The notes: generated by a model from the sequence alone, not told the origin. Positions 8,326 through 19,020 are shown, counted from the stretch's first letter. The stretch: 63,952 bases of DNA from an uncultured Chitinophaga sp. (GCA_964456225.1 CAYWAV010000010.1:1-63952); one strand, 5' to 3'. Numbers and translations: made by a program.

Positions 8326-10571
8326 TAAAAAGTATATCTCAAACCAATAAAAAATCGTCTTCCTTGCATTGGAGCGTAGTTGTAGGAAGGATCAAATGTG
8401 TATCCATACGGATTGTTTTCTGCAATATTTTTATCAAAAGGATCAAATGGTCTTAAAATTGGATCACTTGGAGTAAAATCAAAAATATTTTTCACACCAC
8501 CATATAGCTCAAACCCTTTTTTAAATTTTTTGGTTAGTTGTACATTTTGAATTGTATACCAAGGAGATTGAGAAGGGCGATAATCATTAGGAACAACTGG
8601 TAAAAACATAGGACTCTTTACATTTCCTGTATAATCTATCGAAAAGCCTGTTTTTCCGAAAGAGTAACTTAGCGTAAAGTTTCCAGAAAGCTTAGGTGCA
8701 TGCAATTGAGGATATCTTACTTCAACATTAGAAGAATCTTTTTCAACACTATAAACATCCATATAAGTACAACCAATTATTGCTTTTAATCCGCTTGTAT
8801 GCATTATATCAATGCTTAGCGCTACTCCTTGCGAAACAGCATATCCATTTAAGTTGTCGAATAGTATCTTATTCGGATCAGAAATAAAATCACCAATAAT
8901 TTTATTTGTAAAATAGGTATAAAAAGCACTGGCATCTATACTAATATATGTGTTTTCTAAAACAATACTTTTTTGAAAATTCAAATTTACATTCCATGAT
9001 TTTTCAGGCTTCAAATTGTTTTTAATTACAACTTCTCGCGCTCCGGTAAGTGCAGCATGGTCTTCAGTGAATAAATTCACAACCCTGTAGCCATTACCCA
9101 TGCTCAACCGAATAATATTATTTTTATTCACTGCTAATTTAAAAGCTAGTCGAGGCGACAATATACTTCCATGTTCAGTATTATAATCATAGCGTAATCC
9201 GGCCAAAGTGATTACTTTTTTATACTTCAATTCTGTTTGCACAAATATTCCTGGAAGATAAGTGTGTTGTGGTTTGTTTCTTGGGAACAAACTATCAATA
9301 GAAACAGTACCTGGTGTGTTATCGTCATAATATGTATATCTAATAGGCAATCCAACTAATAAATCTGCACGTTCGCTCAACTTTTTATTCCAGTATAATT
9401 GTGCAAAAGCTATGTTTTGAACTGCCTGATATGACGTGGTTCCGTAATAAGAATTGTGGTTGTGATTATTAAAAGAATACTGCAAAAAAACATTCTCTTG
9501 TTTAATCGGCAATTGATAAATACCTATCAATTCATATCTCGAAGTATAAATAGATTCTCCATAAACACTATCTGTTCCTCTAAATTTGTTTTCATATTGC
9601 ATCTCTCCACCCCATCTATCTTCATATACAAATCTGGCAGCCACATTCGCTACTCTTTTGTCTTTTCTAACAAAATTCCATTTGTTAAAAATTGAGATTC
9701 TGTTCTGAAGTGTAATGTCGGTGAAGTTATCACCATTTTTATCCATCGGATTTTGAAAATTAAAGTAATTTATCCCTAACAAAGTATTTGCTTTCTTGGT
9801 GCTAGTTTTAAAACCTAAATCAATGTTGTATTCTTGATCTGTGGTTGCAAATAAATCCACATTTACACGTGGTGCATCTTTAGGGTTTTTAGTAACAACA
9901 TTGATTAAGCCACCAACCGCTTCGGATCCATACAAGGTACTTGCTGGCCCTTTTACCACTTCTATCCTATTCACCAAGCTGTTGGGAATTCCACTTAAGC
10001 CATATACCGTTGATAATGCACTTACAATTGGCATTCCGTCAATAGTAATCATTGTGTAGGGTCCTTCCATCCCATTTATATGAATGTCTCCTGTATTACA
10101 AACATTGCAATTCAATTGTGGCTGCACTCCATTAACCATTTGCATCGATTCAAATAAACTTGGAGTCGGATTTTTTTGAAATAATTTTGGAGTTAATACT
10201 TCAACCGGAATTGGAGAATCCAAACGCGACATTTCTTTCATTGTTCCAGTAATAACTATTTCATTTAAACTTCCTGTTAAAGAAAACAGTTCTTGGTCAA
10301 TTATTATAGGTTCAATAGACGTAATTTCAATTTTTCTTTTTTCAACTTTATACCCCGTCATTGTAATTACAAACTCATATTTTCCAAACGGAATTTCTTT
10401 AATTAAAAACAACCCTTTTTCATCCGTAGAAGCAGAAAATGTTGTTCCTGATAGACCAACTGAAACAAACTCGATCATCCTTCCGTCCGATGTAAGACGT
10501 CCTTTAATGCTTCCTGTTTGAGCGTTCGCATTTAAAAACATAAAAAAAGGTATCAAAATCAAAAATCGCAT
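8322..10571 (-). CDS. TonB-dependent receptor (CarboxypepD_reg-like N domain, plug, barrel), candidate metal importer
   Basis: EIVITGT TonB-box region, plug IEVVKGPASTLYGSEAVGG, C-terminal GRRFFIGLRYTFY. ATG 10571 preferred because the TTG at 10589 lies inside a -7 promoter box. Confidence 0.92.
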   Translation of the reverse strand: MRFLILIPFFMFLNANAQTGSIKGRLTSDGRMIEFVSVGLSGTTFSASTDEKGLFLIKEIPFGKYEFVITMTGYKVEKRKIEITSIEPIIIDQELFSLTGSLNEIVITGTMKEMSRLDSPIPVEVLTPKLFQKNPTPSLFESMQMVNGVQPQLNCNVCNTGDIHINGMEGPYTMITIDGMPIVSALSTVYGLSGIPNSLVNRIEVVKGPASTLYGSEAVGGLINVVTKNPKDAPRVNVDLFATTDQEYNIDLGFKTSTKKANTLLGINYFNFQNPMDKNGDNFTDITLQNRISIFNKWNFVRKDKRVANVAARFVYEDRWGGEMQYENKFRGTDSVYGESIYTSRYELIGIYQLPIKQENVFLQYSFNNHNHNSYYGTTSYQAVQNIAFAQLYWNKKLSERADLLVGLPIRYTYYDDNTPGTVSIDSLFPRNKPQHTYLPGIFVQTELKYKKVITLAGLRYDYNTEHGSILSPRLAFKLAVNKNNIIRLSMGNGYRVVNLFTEDHAALTGAREVVIKNNLKPEKSWNVNLNFQKSIVLENTYISIDASAFYTYFTNKIIGDFISDPNKILFDNLNGYAVSQGVALSIDIMHTSGLKAIIGCTYMDVYSVEKDSSNVEVRYPQLHAPKLSGNFTLSYSFGKTGFSIDYTGNVKSPMFLPVVPNDYRPSQSPWYTIQNVQLTKKFKKGFELYGGVKNIFDFTPSDPILRPFDPFDKNIAENNPYGYTFDPSYNYAPMQGRRFFIGLRYTFY

Positions 10572-10586
10572 CGTAGATATTTTCGA

Positions 10587-10594
10587 CAAATATA
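10587..10594 (-). promoter_or_regulatory. Bacteroidota -7 promoter element for the TonB receptor
   Basis: TATATTTG on the minus strand matches TAnnTTTG. Confidence 0.7.
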
Positions 10595-10598
10595 TGAT

Positions 10599-10624
10599 TT
10601 ATTTTTAGACTAGTCTAAAAATAA
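10599..10624. promoter_or_regulatory. Putative DtxR/MntR operator
   Basis: Perfect 26-bp palindrome ttatttttagactagtctaaaaataa between the divergent promoters of the TonB receptor and mntR-mntH. Confidence 0.82.
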
Positions 10625-10655
10625 TTTGAATACTTGTTTAAAAAGCATATCTTTG
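10625..10655 (+). promoter_or_regulatory. Bacteroidota sigma-A promoter (-33/-7) for mntR-mntH
   Basis: TTTG (10625-10628), 19-bp spacer, TATCTTTG (10648-10655). Confidence 0.75.
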
Positions 10656-10674
10656 TCCCATCAAATCATTAAAA

Positions 10675-11334
10675 ATGAATTCTTTTACAGAAGAAAACTA
10701 CTTAAAAGCTATCTATAAGCTAATTGAACAAAGCTGTTCATCGGTTTCAACAAATGCCATTGCTGAAAAAATGAATACAAAAGCAGCTTCTGTAACGGAT
10801 ATGCTTAAAAAACTATCCGATAAAAAACTTATTAATTATCAAAAATACCAAGGTGTAACATTAAGTAGTAAAGGTGAAAAAGTAGCGCTGAGCGTCATTC
10901 GGAAACACCGTTTATGGGAAATGTTTCTATTGGAAAAGCTTAATTTCAAATGGGATGAAGTACACGATGTAGCAGAACAGTTAGAGCACATTAACTCTGA
11001 TAAATTGATTGAGCAAATTGATAAATTTTTGAACTTCCCAAAATTTGACCCTCACGGAGACCCTATTCCAGATGCAAATGGTAAAATTCAAAGCCATAAA
11101 TCGAAATCAATTGCTAGTCATAAAAAAAATGATGTGCTAATTATGACTGGTGTTGTTGACCACTCTGCTGCGTTTTTGCAATTCTTAGATAAATCAGGTC
11201 TGGCTTTAGGTAATGAGATTAAAATAAAAGAACTGAACGACTTTGATCGTTCACTACAAATTATAATAAACAAAAAGAATACGTTGTTCATTAGTAATGA
11301 TGTTGCAAAAAACATATTAGTAATTACAAAATAA
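10675..11334 (+). CDS. mntR: DtxR/MntR family metal-dependent transcriptional repressor with FeoA-like C domain
   Basis: TEENYLKAIY, SVTDMLKKL HTH, RKHRLWE, HDVAEQLEH, DPHGDPIP motifs. Confidence 0.93.
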   Translation: MNSFTEENYLKAIYKLIEQSCSSVSTNAIAEKMNTKAASVTDMLKKLSDKKLINYQKYQGVTLSSKGEKVALSVIRKHRLWEMFLLEKLNFKWDEVHDVAEQLEHINSDKLIEQIDKFLNFPKFDPHGDPIPDANGKIQSHKSKSIASHKKNDVLIMTGVVDHSAAFLQFLDKSGLALGNEIKIKELNDFDRSLQIIINKKNTLFISNDVAKNILVITK

Positions 11335-11337
11335 ACA

Positions 11338-13209
11338 ATGACTGACAATTCACATAAATCCTTATCAGAAGTACACTCAAGTGTAGATACCAACAAAACT
11401 GGTTTCTGGAAAAAGCTTTTTGCTTTTATGGGTCCGGCATATTTGGTGAGTGTGGGCTACATGGATCCAGGGAATTGGGCAACCGATATTGCCGGTGGTA
11501 GTCAGTTTGGATACAAATTGCTTTGGGTTTTATTGATGAGTAATTTAATGGCTTTGCTTTTACAAAGTTTGAGTGCCCGTTTAGGATTAGTTAGAGGTTT
11601 GGATTTAGCACAAGCATCTCGACAAGCGTATCCAAAAACAATAAATTTTTTCAATTGGTTTTTAGCAGAAATTGCAATTGCAGCCTGCGATTTGGCCGAA
11701 GTAATAGGAATGGCAATTGGTTTGCAATTGTTATTCGAACTTCCATTATTAGCGGGAGTAAGTATCAGCGTTGCCGATACACTTTTGTTATTGGTGCTTC
11801 AGCGTTATGGAATGCGAAAAATGGAAGCATTCATTTTAGCATTGGTTGCAACAATAGGACTCGCATTTGTTGCTGAATTAATTTTTGCAAAACCCGATGG
11901 ATTAGAATTGGTAAAAGGCTTTATTCCTTCTATGCCAAACAATACAGCACTTTACATTGCTATTGGTATTATTGGAGCAACAGTAATGCCTCACAATTTA
12001 TACTTGCATTCTTCCCTAGTACAAACCCGAAAAATTGATCGCTCACTCAAAGGAATCAGGGATGCTATAAAATATAATTTCATTGATACGTTCATTGCTT
12101 TAAATATGGCCTTGTTTGTAAACGGAGCTATTTTGATATTAGCAGCAGCAGCTTTTTACACCACGGGAAACACCAACGTATCAGAAATACAAGATGCTCA
12201 CCGTTTATTAGAAAATATTTTAGGAAGTGCTGCTCCTACTCTTTTTGCTATTGCATTGATTGCCGCAGGACAAAGTTCAACATTAACGGGAACGCTTTCC
12301 GGACAAATTGTTATGGAAGGATATTTAAATTTACGAATCCAACCTTGGCTGAGACGATTGATTACACGACTAATCGCAATCATTCCTGCATTTCTGGTTA
12401 TATTTTTATTGGGCGAAGATGCAACCGGAGAATTATTGATTTTAAGTCAGGTTATTCTGAGTTTGCAATTAGGCTTTGCTGTTATACCATTGATTCACTT
12501 AACGAGTGATAAAAAACAAATGGGAGAATTTGCAAATAAAGGATGGGTGAAAATTTTAGCTTGGTTAATTGCTTTAACGATTGTTTCATTAAATGGAAAG
12601 TTGGTTATAGATACATTAGGCGAATGGATTGCTGAAGCAGAGAATCCTACCATTTATTATTTAACAGTTGTTCCATTGGTAGTAGGCGCAGGAGTTTTAT
12701 TATTATACATTACCTTTGCACCAATCATTAAGAGTGTGAAACAAAAAGCAACATATGCGCCAGATGGTCTTCCAAGAGACCTGGAGATTACCGATGCGAA
12801 AAAATACAAGCGCATTGCCGTTACCGTTGATTTCAGTTCAAGTGATAGTAAAGCCATCAGTAACGCTTTTTCGCAAGGTGGAAAAGAAGCTGCATATATT
12901 TTAATTCACATTGTAGAAACAGCCGGAGCTCGGATGATGGGCTCAGATATTGATGATTTGGAAACGCTTTCCGATCAATCGAATTTAGAAAAATACAAAT
13001 CCGACTTGGAAGCAAAAGGGTATACAATTGAGTTAAAACTCGGTTTTGGAAGTCCGAAAAAGAGTATTCCAGAAATAGTAAACAATTGCAATTGTGATTT
13101 ATTGGTGATGGGTGCTCACGGGCATAAAGCTTTCAAAGACTTATTATTCGGTACTACTTTGGATCAAGTAAGACACAATGTGAATGTGCCTGTTTTAATT
13201 GTTAAGTAA
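11338..13209 (+). CDS. mntH: Nramp-family Mn2+/Fe2+ transporter MntH with C-terminal universal stress protein (USP) domain
   Basis: YMDPGNW and MPHNLYLHS signatures; C-terminal RIAVTVDFS...VMGAHGHK...VPVLIV USP domain. Confidence 0.95.
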   Translation: MTDNSHKSLSEVHSSVDTNKTGFWKKLFAFMGPAYLVSVGYMDPGNWATDIAGGSQFGYKLLWVLLMSNLMALLLQSLSARLGLVRGLDLAQASRQAYPKTINFFNWFLAEIAIAACDLAEVIGMAIGLQLLFELPLLAGVSISVADTLLLLVLQRYGMRKMEAFILALVATIGLAFVAELIFAKPDGLELVKGFIPSMPNNTALYIAIGIIGATVMPHNLYLHSSLVQTRKIDRSLKGIRDAIKYNFIDTFIALNMALFVNGAILILAAAAFYTTGNTNVSEIQDAHRLLENILGSAAPTLFAIALIAAGQSSTLTGTLSGQIVMEGYLNLRIQPWLRRLITRLIAIIPAFLVIFLLGEDATGELLILSQVILSLQLGFAVIPLIHLTSDKKQMGEFANKGWVKILAWLIALTIVSLNGKLVIDTLGEWIAEAENPTIYYLTVVPLVVGAGVLLLYITFAPIIKSVKQKATYAPDGLPRDLEITDAKKYKRIAVTVDFSSSDSKAISNAFSQGGKEAAYILIHIVETAGARMMGSDIDDLETLSDQSNLEKYKSDLEAKGYTIELKLGFGSPKKSIPEIVNNCNCDLLVMGAHGHKAFKDLLFGTTLDQVRHNVNVPVLIVK

Positions 13210-13239
13210 ACAAAGGCTTTTTACTACCTTTACAGCCTT

Positions 13240-13692
13240 ATGAGTTTAGAAAACAATATCAATATTAAGAACAGACAAGCATCCTATGAATATGCTTTTA
13301 TTGATAAATACCTGGCTGGAATGCAATTGACAGGAACTGAAATCAAATCTATTCGCGAAGGAAAGGCAAATATCACCGATGCTTTTTGTGTGTTTTTAAA
13401 GAATGAATTGTTCGTAAGAAACATGAATGTATCGCCATACTTTAATGGTACTTACAACAATGTGCCTGAAAAACGGGATAGAAAATTATTATTAAATCGC
13501 CAAGAATTAAATAAGCTTCAAGGGAAATTAAAAGATCAGGGATTAACAATTGTGCCTTTGCGCTTATATATTAACGAAAAAGGATTTGCCAAACTGGAAA
13601 TAGCCTTGGCTAAGGGTAAAAAGCTGTTTGACAAACGTGCTGATATTAAGAAAAAAGATATTGAGCGAGAAACGGATAGGCGATTAAAGTAA
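13240..13692 (+). CDS. smpB: SsrA-binding protein
   Basis: AGMQLTGTEIKSIREGKA, RDRKLLL, GKKLFDKR motifs. Confidence 0.97.
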   Translation: MSLENNINIKNRQASYEYAFIDKYLAGMQLTGTEIKSIREGKANITDAFCVFLKNELFVRNMNVSPYFNGTYNNVPEKRDRKLLLNRQELNKLQGKLKDQGLTIVPLRLYINEKGFAKLEIALAKGKKLFDKRADIKKKDIERETDRRLK

Positions 13693-13693
13693 A

Positions 13694-14143
13694 TTACTTC
13701 TTCGTTTTTTCAGAGCCTGCAAATTCAAACTTTTTCTTTTCCAAACCCGATTTCATTTGAACAACAGTTCCTTCAATATCGTAGTTTATTAAAGTTACTT
13801 CCCAGTGATAATCGTTTTTTTCTTCTGAATGATCGGCTTCAAATGTTACCATGTGCATTTCTACTTCGTCTTCGGTATAGATAGAATCAAGAATGACGCG
13901 CATTGAAACGGGTGGCAAACTCAATTTTTCAAACATCAAATCCGCTTCCACTTTTCCGCCTTTCAATAGGAGAATGCTGGGTTGTGCTTTGCCTCTCCCT
14001 GTTGGTTTAACTTCATAAAATTGAACATTGAATTTTTTATTGTCTAAAAACTTATTCGGCTTCGACTTTTGAGCAAAGGCTGAAGAAGAGATTAAAAGAA
14101 TCGCAACAATTGATAAGCAGGAGATTTTGAATGTATTTTTCAT
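13694..14143 (-). CDS. Hypothetical exported protein
   Basis: Signal peptide MKNTFKISCLSIVAILLISSSAFA; start probably ATG 14143 (track gives 14161). Confidence 0.75.
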   Translation of the reverse strand: MKNTFKISCLSIVAILLISSSAFAQKSKPNKFLDNKKFNVQFYEVKPTGRGKAQPSILLLKGGKVEADLMFEKLSLPPVSMRVILDSIYTEDEVEMHMVTFEADHSEEKNDYHWEVTLINYDIEGTVVQMKSGLEKKKFEFAGSEKTKK

Positions 14144-14235
14144 TTTATTTGAATTAAACAATTTATTGACTTATTTAAACACGATGCAGGCAATTATTTT
14201 GCCAAAATTTAAATACGCGGTGTAAAACTATACTT

Positions 14236-14243
14236 TATCTTTG
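14236..14243 (+). promoter_or_regulatory. Bacteroidota -7 promoter element
   Basis: TATCTTTG 20 bp upstream of ATG 14263. Confidence 0.65.
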
Positions 14244-14262
14244 CTTTATAAAAATTTTTCCG

Positions 14263-15141
14263 ATGAATTTAATGAACAGGTTTCTTTATTACGGTGTAAT
14301 TCTCCCTATCTCTTCGCTTCCTTTTCCCTTATTATATGGTTTATCTAACTTCACCTATCTTATTTTATATAAGTTAATCGGCTATAGAAAAAAGGTGGTT
14401 CTAGGCAACATTCAACGCTCTTTCCCTGAGAAATCAGCTAAGGAACACATGGAAATATGCAATAAGTTTTATAGGCATTTCTGCGATTTGATTTTGGAAA
14501 GCATTAAAACTTTCACCATCTCCGAAAAGCAAGTTTTAAAGCGTGTTGTTTGCAAAAATCCGGAACTTATCAATAAATATTTTGATGAAAAAAGAAGTGT
14601 GATTATTGCCGGAGGGCATTTAGCAAACTGGGAAATATTTGCGGTTGGCGTTGATGCTTTAATCAAACATAAAACAATTGGAATTTACAAACCCTTGAGC
14701 AATAAATATTTTGATGAAAAAATGCGTAATACTCGCAGTAAATATGGTTTGTACATGGTTTCTACAAAAATTGTAAAGCAAGTTTATGAAGAAGAAAAAA
14801 ACAACTATACAGCTACTATTTTTGCAATTGACCAATCGCCTTCTAATCCCAATAATTGTCATTGGATGACTTTTCTAAACCAAGATACAGGTGTTTTATT
14901 TGGAACAGAAAAGTTTGCAAAAGAATACAATCAGCCGGTTTTGTATGGACGTATCAACAAAGAAAAAAGAGGTTATTACAGTTTCGAGTTCTTTGAAACT
15001 TTTGACCAGCCCAAGGAAACGAAGGAGGGTGAGATTACAGAGTTGGTAACCAGAATGCTAGAAAAAGACATTATTGCTGCTCCGCAATATTGGTTGTGGA
15101 GCCACAAACGCTGGAAACACAAACGCCCAACAGGTAAATAA
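14263..15141 (+). CDS. Lipid A late acyltransferase (LpxL/HtrB family)
   Basis: GHLANWE (HxxxxE) motif, DQSP, and QYWLWSHKRWK C terminus. Confidence 0.9.
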   Translation: MNLMNRFLYYGVILPISSLPFPLLYGLSNFTYLILYKLIGYRKKVVLGNIQRSFPEKSAKEHMEICNKFYRHFCDLILESIKTFTISEKQVLKRVVCKNPELINKYFDEKRSVIIAGGHLANWEIFAVGVDALIKHKTIGIYKPLSNKYFDEKMRNTRSKYGLYMVSTKIVKQVYEEEKNNYTATIFAIDQSPSNPNNCHWMTFLNQDTGVLFGTEKFAKEYNQPVLYGRINKEKRGYYSFEFFETFDQPKETKEGEITELVTRMLEKDIIAAPQYWLWSHKRWKHKRPTGK

Positions 15142-15180
15142 ATACAATTTAATTAGGAATAATTTATCAAGGTAAACATT

Positions 15181-15561
15181 ATGAATATAACAAGAACATT
15201 ATTTTTTATTGCCTGCCTTTCAATTTCGGTTGTAGCATGTAAAACAATACAAGAAGCTCCAAAAACAGAAACGGTTGCAGTGGTAAAACCTGTATTAGAT
15301 TGTAGTTCAAGCGCATTAACTTATTCCGCAATAAAACCAATATTGGAAAAGCATTGTAACAGTTGTCACAGCGATGGCGGTGCTGGCGGATACGACTTTC
15401 TAGTTTTTACTCACGTAACAAAAGCAGGAGCTAATGGAGAACTATTGGGCACCATCAAACACGAAAGAGGATTTCCTAATATGCCCGCACAAGCAGCACA
15501 ATTGGATCAGGCATCCATCGACTTAATCGAATGTTGGATTAAAAACGGAATGAAAGAATAA
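15181..15561 (+). CDS. Monoheme cytochrome c lipoprotein
   Basis: Lipobox SVVAC, CNSCH heme motif, distal MP, and CWIKNG end. Confidence 0.8.
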   Translation: MNITRTLFFIACLSISVVACKTIQEAPKTETVAVVKPVLDCSSSALTYSAIKPILEKHCNSCHSDGGAGGYDFLVFTHVTKAGANGELLGTIKHERGFPNMPAQAAQLDQASIDLIECWIKNGMKE

Positions 15562-15563
15562 CA

Positions 15564-16844
15564 ATGTCAAGCACTACTCCACTCGCAGAACGAATGCGTC
15601 CAACCAGTTTGGACAACTACATTGGCCAAAAGCACATTGTGGGCGAAGGAGCTATTTTGAGAAATGCTATTCAATCCAATTTATTGCCTTCTATTATTTT
15701 ATGGGGACCACCAGGAGTTGGAAAAACAACCCTGGCAAACATTATTGCACATCAATTAAAACGGCCATTTCATGCGCTCAGTGCGATTAATTCAGGAGTA
15801 AAAGATATTCGTGAAGTAATTGAGAAATCTAAGTCGAGCGGATTGTTTAGTCAGAGTAATCCCATTTTATTTATTGATGAGATTCATCGTTTCAGTAAAT
15901 CACAACAAGATTCTTTATTAGGTGCTGTGGAAAAAGGAACGATTACTTTAATCGGTGCCACTACCGAAAACCCTTCTTTTGAAGTCATTTCCGCACTTCT
16001 ATCACGCTGTCAGGTTTACATTTTAAAGCATTTAGAAAAAGATGATCTTTTGGAGATGCTTGATTTGGCAATGAAAACAGATATTGTTTTAAAAACAAAA
16101 AAAATCAACATCCTTGAAAACGAAGCATTGTTAAGGCTTTCGGGTGGCGATGGAAGAAAATTGTTGAATGTATTTGAGTTGGTCATCAATTCAATTGGGG
16201 GCGAAACAGTTGACATCACAAACGAAAAGGTAAACAACATTGTTCAGCAAAACATTGCTGTTTATGATAAATCAGGTGAAAATCATTACGATATTATTTC
16301 GGCATTTATAAAATCTATTCGTGGAAGCGACCCTAATGCTGCGGTATATTGGTTGGCACGAATGATTGAAGGTGGTGAAGATCCGTTGTTTATTGCCAGA
16401 AGATTATTGATATTGGCTTCAGAAGATATAGGAAATGCAAATCCAACAGCATTGGTGATAGCAAACAATTGTTTTCAGGCAGTAAACGTAATTGGATATC
16501 CTGAATCCAGAATCATTTTGTCGCAAACGGTTACTTATTTAGCGGCTTCTGCAAAAAGCAATGCGGCTTATGCTGCAATTGGCTTAGCATCTGAATTGGT
16601 TCGTAAAACGGGCAATTTACCTGTCCCGCTTCATTTACGAAACGCTCCTACAAAACTGATGAAAGACATTGGTTATGGCGAAAACTATGAATATTCGCAC
16701 GGCTATTCGAATAATTTTTCTGCACAAGAATATCTTCCCACAGAACTAAGTGGAACAAAAATTTATGATCCTGGAAACAATGCTCGTGAAAATGAAATGA
16801 AAGAGTATTTGAAAAAACTGTGGGGAAATAAATACGGATATTAA
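15564..16844 (+). CDS. rarA: Replication-associated recombination protein A (RarA/MgsA AAA+ ATPase)
   Basis: [42 protein letters not shown] motifs. Confidence 0.96.
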   Translation: MSSTTPLAERMRPTSLDNYIGQKHIVGEGAILRNAIQSNLLPSIILWGPPGVGKTTLANIIAHQLKRPFHALSAINSGVKDIREVIEKSKSSGLFSQSNPILFIDEIHRFSKSQQDSLLGAVEKGTITLIGATTENPSFEVISALLSRCQVYILKHLEKDDLLEMLDLAMKTDIVLKTKKINILENEALLRLSGGDGRKLLNVFELVINSIGGETVDITNEKVNNIVQQNIAVYDKSGENHYDIISAFIKSIRGSDPNAAVYWLARMIEGGEDPLFIARRLLILASEDIGNANPTALVIANNCFQAVNVIGYPESRIILSQTVTYLAASAKSNAAYAAIGLASELVRKTGNLPVPLHLRNAPTKLMKDIGYGENYEYSHGYSNNFSAQEYLPTELSGTKIYDPGNNARENEMKEYLKKLWGNKYGY

Positions 16845-17272
16845 TCCTCAATAATAGCGCTTTGGTCAAACACAAAGAAGTGAGACAGTCCTACAACTAC
16901 GCCACCAATTCCCTGCTCTATTGTTTGCCAGCAACCATCCAATAAAAGGTTTTCTATTTTTGAACCGGTGCTGAAGGACACGCCTACTACAGAAGTAATA
17001 ATAAAGAGCGAAAAACCTAAACTGGCACCCGTTATCAATCCTCTTACTATCGGGGTTTTTTTAAATTTAACTTCTAATAGCTTCACATCTATCGCCTTGG
17101 CAGCGATAAAACCAATAATCAGATAAACAAAAACAGCAAAAAAAAGGAAAATGCCAATTGGATAGGAAAGTCGTGAAAAATCTGTTAAAAAAACGCCATG
17201 CCATGCATAGGATAAGGCAAACATCACAATTGATGAAGCAATCCAAGAAATGAAAAATCGTTTAGTTAACAT
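16841..17272 (-). CDS. Hypothetical membrane protein (about 4 TM)
   Basis: Four hydrophobic segments; YAWHGVFL motif. Confidence 0.75.
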   Translation of the reverse strand: MLTKRFFISWIASSIVMFALSYAWHGVFLTDFSRLSYPIGIFLFFAVFVYLIIGFIAAKAIDVKLLEVKFKKTPIVRGLITGASLGFSLFIITSVVGVSFSTGSKIENLLLDGCWQTIEQGIGGVVVGLSHFFVFDQSAIIED

Positions 17273-17427
17273 AGTTGAATGTAATCAATACGATACAAAG
17301 ATATTGGTATTATTCAATTTATTCAAAAATATCTTTGTGTTTTTACCTCTAAGCTTGGGCTTTTTACCGTTTTTTGAATATTTTTTAGTATTTTTAGCTT
17401 GCAAAATTTGTCGTAAAATCAATAACC

Positions 17428-19017
17428 ATGAGAAAACAATTTCTTTTCCCAGTGCTTCTAGTCATCGTTCTATTCTCTTCTTGTAGAAAAGAAATGGAAA
17501 AAGCTTCATGGGATACCGATATTTTGGCTCCTTTGATTTCTGCGAGTATGAATATCAATAACATTCTTCCTGATTCTATTTTACAGGCGAATGCTGACAG
17601 TTCCATGAAAATTGTTTTCAATAATGATTTGTACAAAATAGATATTGATACGCTGTTTAATATTGAAGACACAACGATACAAAACAGTTATGCTCTTCCC
17701 TCTCCACTTCCTTTACCTGCCGGATATCCTATCCCTTTCCCCTCTACAACAGCAACAACTTATGCACTTCCTGGTATAGAATTAAAGAAAGTCATTATAA
17801 AATCGGGATTTGTTTCATTCAAAGTAAAAAGCAAAATTCAAGAGGAAACGGTTTATACTTATGGAATACCATGTGCTACTGACCCATTCGGAATGGTATT
17901 TTCAAGAACATTCACAGTGCCTGGCAGAGTTGGAACTACTCCAGGAGTATACAATCTATTGGTAGACTTAAGTGGGTATACAATAGACTTAACCGGGCCG
18001 TCAGGAACACAAATCAATACTATTTATACATCTTTGACTGCGAATATAGGAGCTACTCCAGTAACTGTAACTCCTGCTGATAGTTTGATTATTGGCAATA
18101 CTTTTTTTGATATTATTCCTTACTACGCAAAAGGTTATTTTGGAAACAATACTTATAATGTTGGTCCGAGCACCAGCAATTTTACTTTGTTCGACAGAAT
18201 TGTAGATGGCACTTTACAATTAGAAGATGTTGATTTTAATTTCAAAATTGAAAATCCTATTGGAATGGATGCGCGCTTATACGTAAGCAACATCAGCTCA
18301 ATAAATACACGAACAGGCACAACAATCAATTTAACAAACAGCATGATTGGAAGTACGATTAATATTAATCGTGCGGCTGAAAGCGGAGGAATTGTTTATC
18401 CAACCTTTGCTAATTTCCCTTTAAACACAACCAACTCGAATATCAAACCAATGATTGAAAATTTACCTAATAAGTTTGGTTATACGATGCAAATCATCAC
18501 AAACCCATTGGGAAATATTTCGGGCTCAAATGATTTTATTTATTCCGACCGATTGATGAAAGCATCTTTGGACATGGAGATTCCGCTTTCCTTAGTCGCC
18601 AACAATTTAACACTTCAAGATACACTTGCCTTGAATATTTCTCAGACAGGTGGAACGCAAAATATTCATGAAGGAACCATTACGTTGTTCGCAAACAACG
18701 GTTTTCCTTTTGATGCTCAATTGCAACTCTATTTGTTAAACGAAAGCAATGTTGTTACAGATTCTATTTTTGGATATGCCAACACCATTGTGGAAGCACC
18801 TATCAATTCGGCTTTACGAGTGATTGGAAAAAAATTAACTAAAATTGCCATTCCCATCAGCGAAAGCAAAATGAATTTATTATACGAAACAAAGAAAGTT
18901 GTATTGAAAGTAAAATTCAATACCAGCGCACAACCTCAATACATTAAAATATACAGTGAGTACTCCATTGATGTAAAACTGGTAGGTGATTTTAATTATA
19001 CAATACAACTTCAATAA
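17428..19017 (+). CDS. Uncharacterised beta-rich outer-membrane lipoprotein
   Basis: Lipobox LFSSC; 529 aa; co-oriented with the next gene, 3 bp apart. Confidence 0.8.
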   Translation: MRKQFLFPVLLVIVLFSSCRKEMEKASWDTDILAPLISASMNINNILPDSILQANADSSMKIVFNNDLYKIDIDTLFNIEDTTIQNSYALPSPLPLPAGYPIPFPSTTATTYALPGIELKKVIIKSGFVSFKVKSKIQEETVYTYGIPCATDPFGMVFSRTFTVPGRVGTTPGVYNLLVDLSGYTIDLTGPSGTQINTIYTSLTANIGATPVTVTPADSLIIGNTFFDIIPYYAKGYFGNNTYNVGPSTSNFTLFDRIVDGTLQLEDVDFNFKIENPIGMDARLYVSNISSINTRTGTTINLTNSMIGSTININRAAESGGIVYPTFANFPLNTTNSNIKPMIENLPNKFGYTMQIITNPLGNISGSNDFIYSDRLMKASLDMEIPLSLVANNLTLQDTLALNISQTGGTQNIHEGTITLFANNGFPFDAQLQLYLLNESNVVTDSIFGYANTIVEAPINSALRVIGKKLTKIAIPISESKMNLLYETKKVVLKVKFNTSAQPQYIKIYSEYSIDVKLVGDFNYTIQLQ

Positions 19018-19020
19018 TTT

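Noticed and set aside
10572-10589. TTG-initiated N-terminal extension of the TonB receptor (similar upstream starts at 37764, 38875, 44665, 48360)
   Set aside because: These starts fall in promoter boxes, repeats or upstream genes; downstream ATGs give normal N termini.
13240-13692. tmRNA (ssrA) adjacent to smpB
   Set aside because: No room and no tRNA-like ends are seen on either side; no RNA gene was recognised anywhere in the window.
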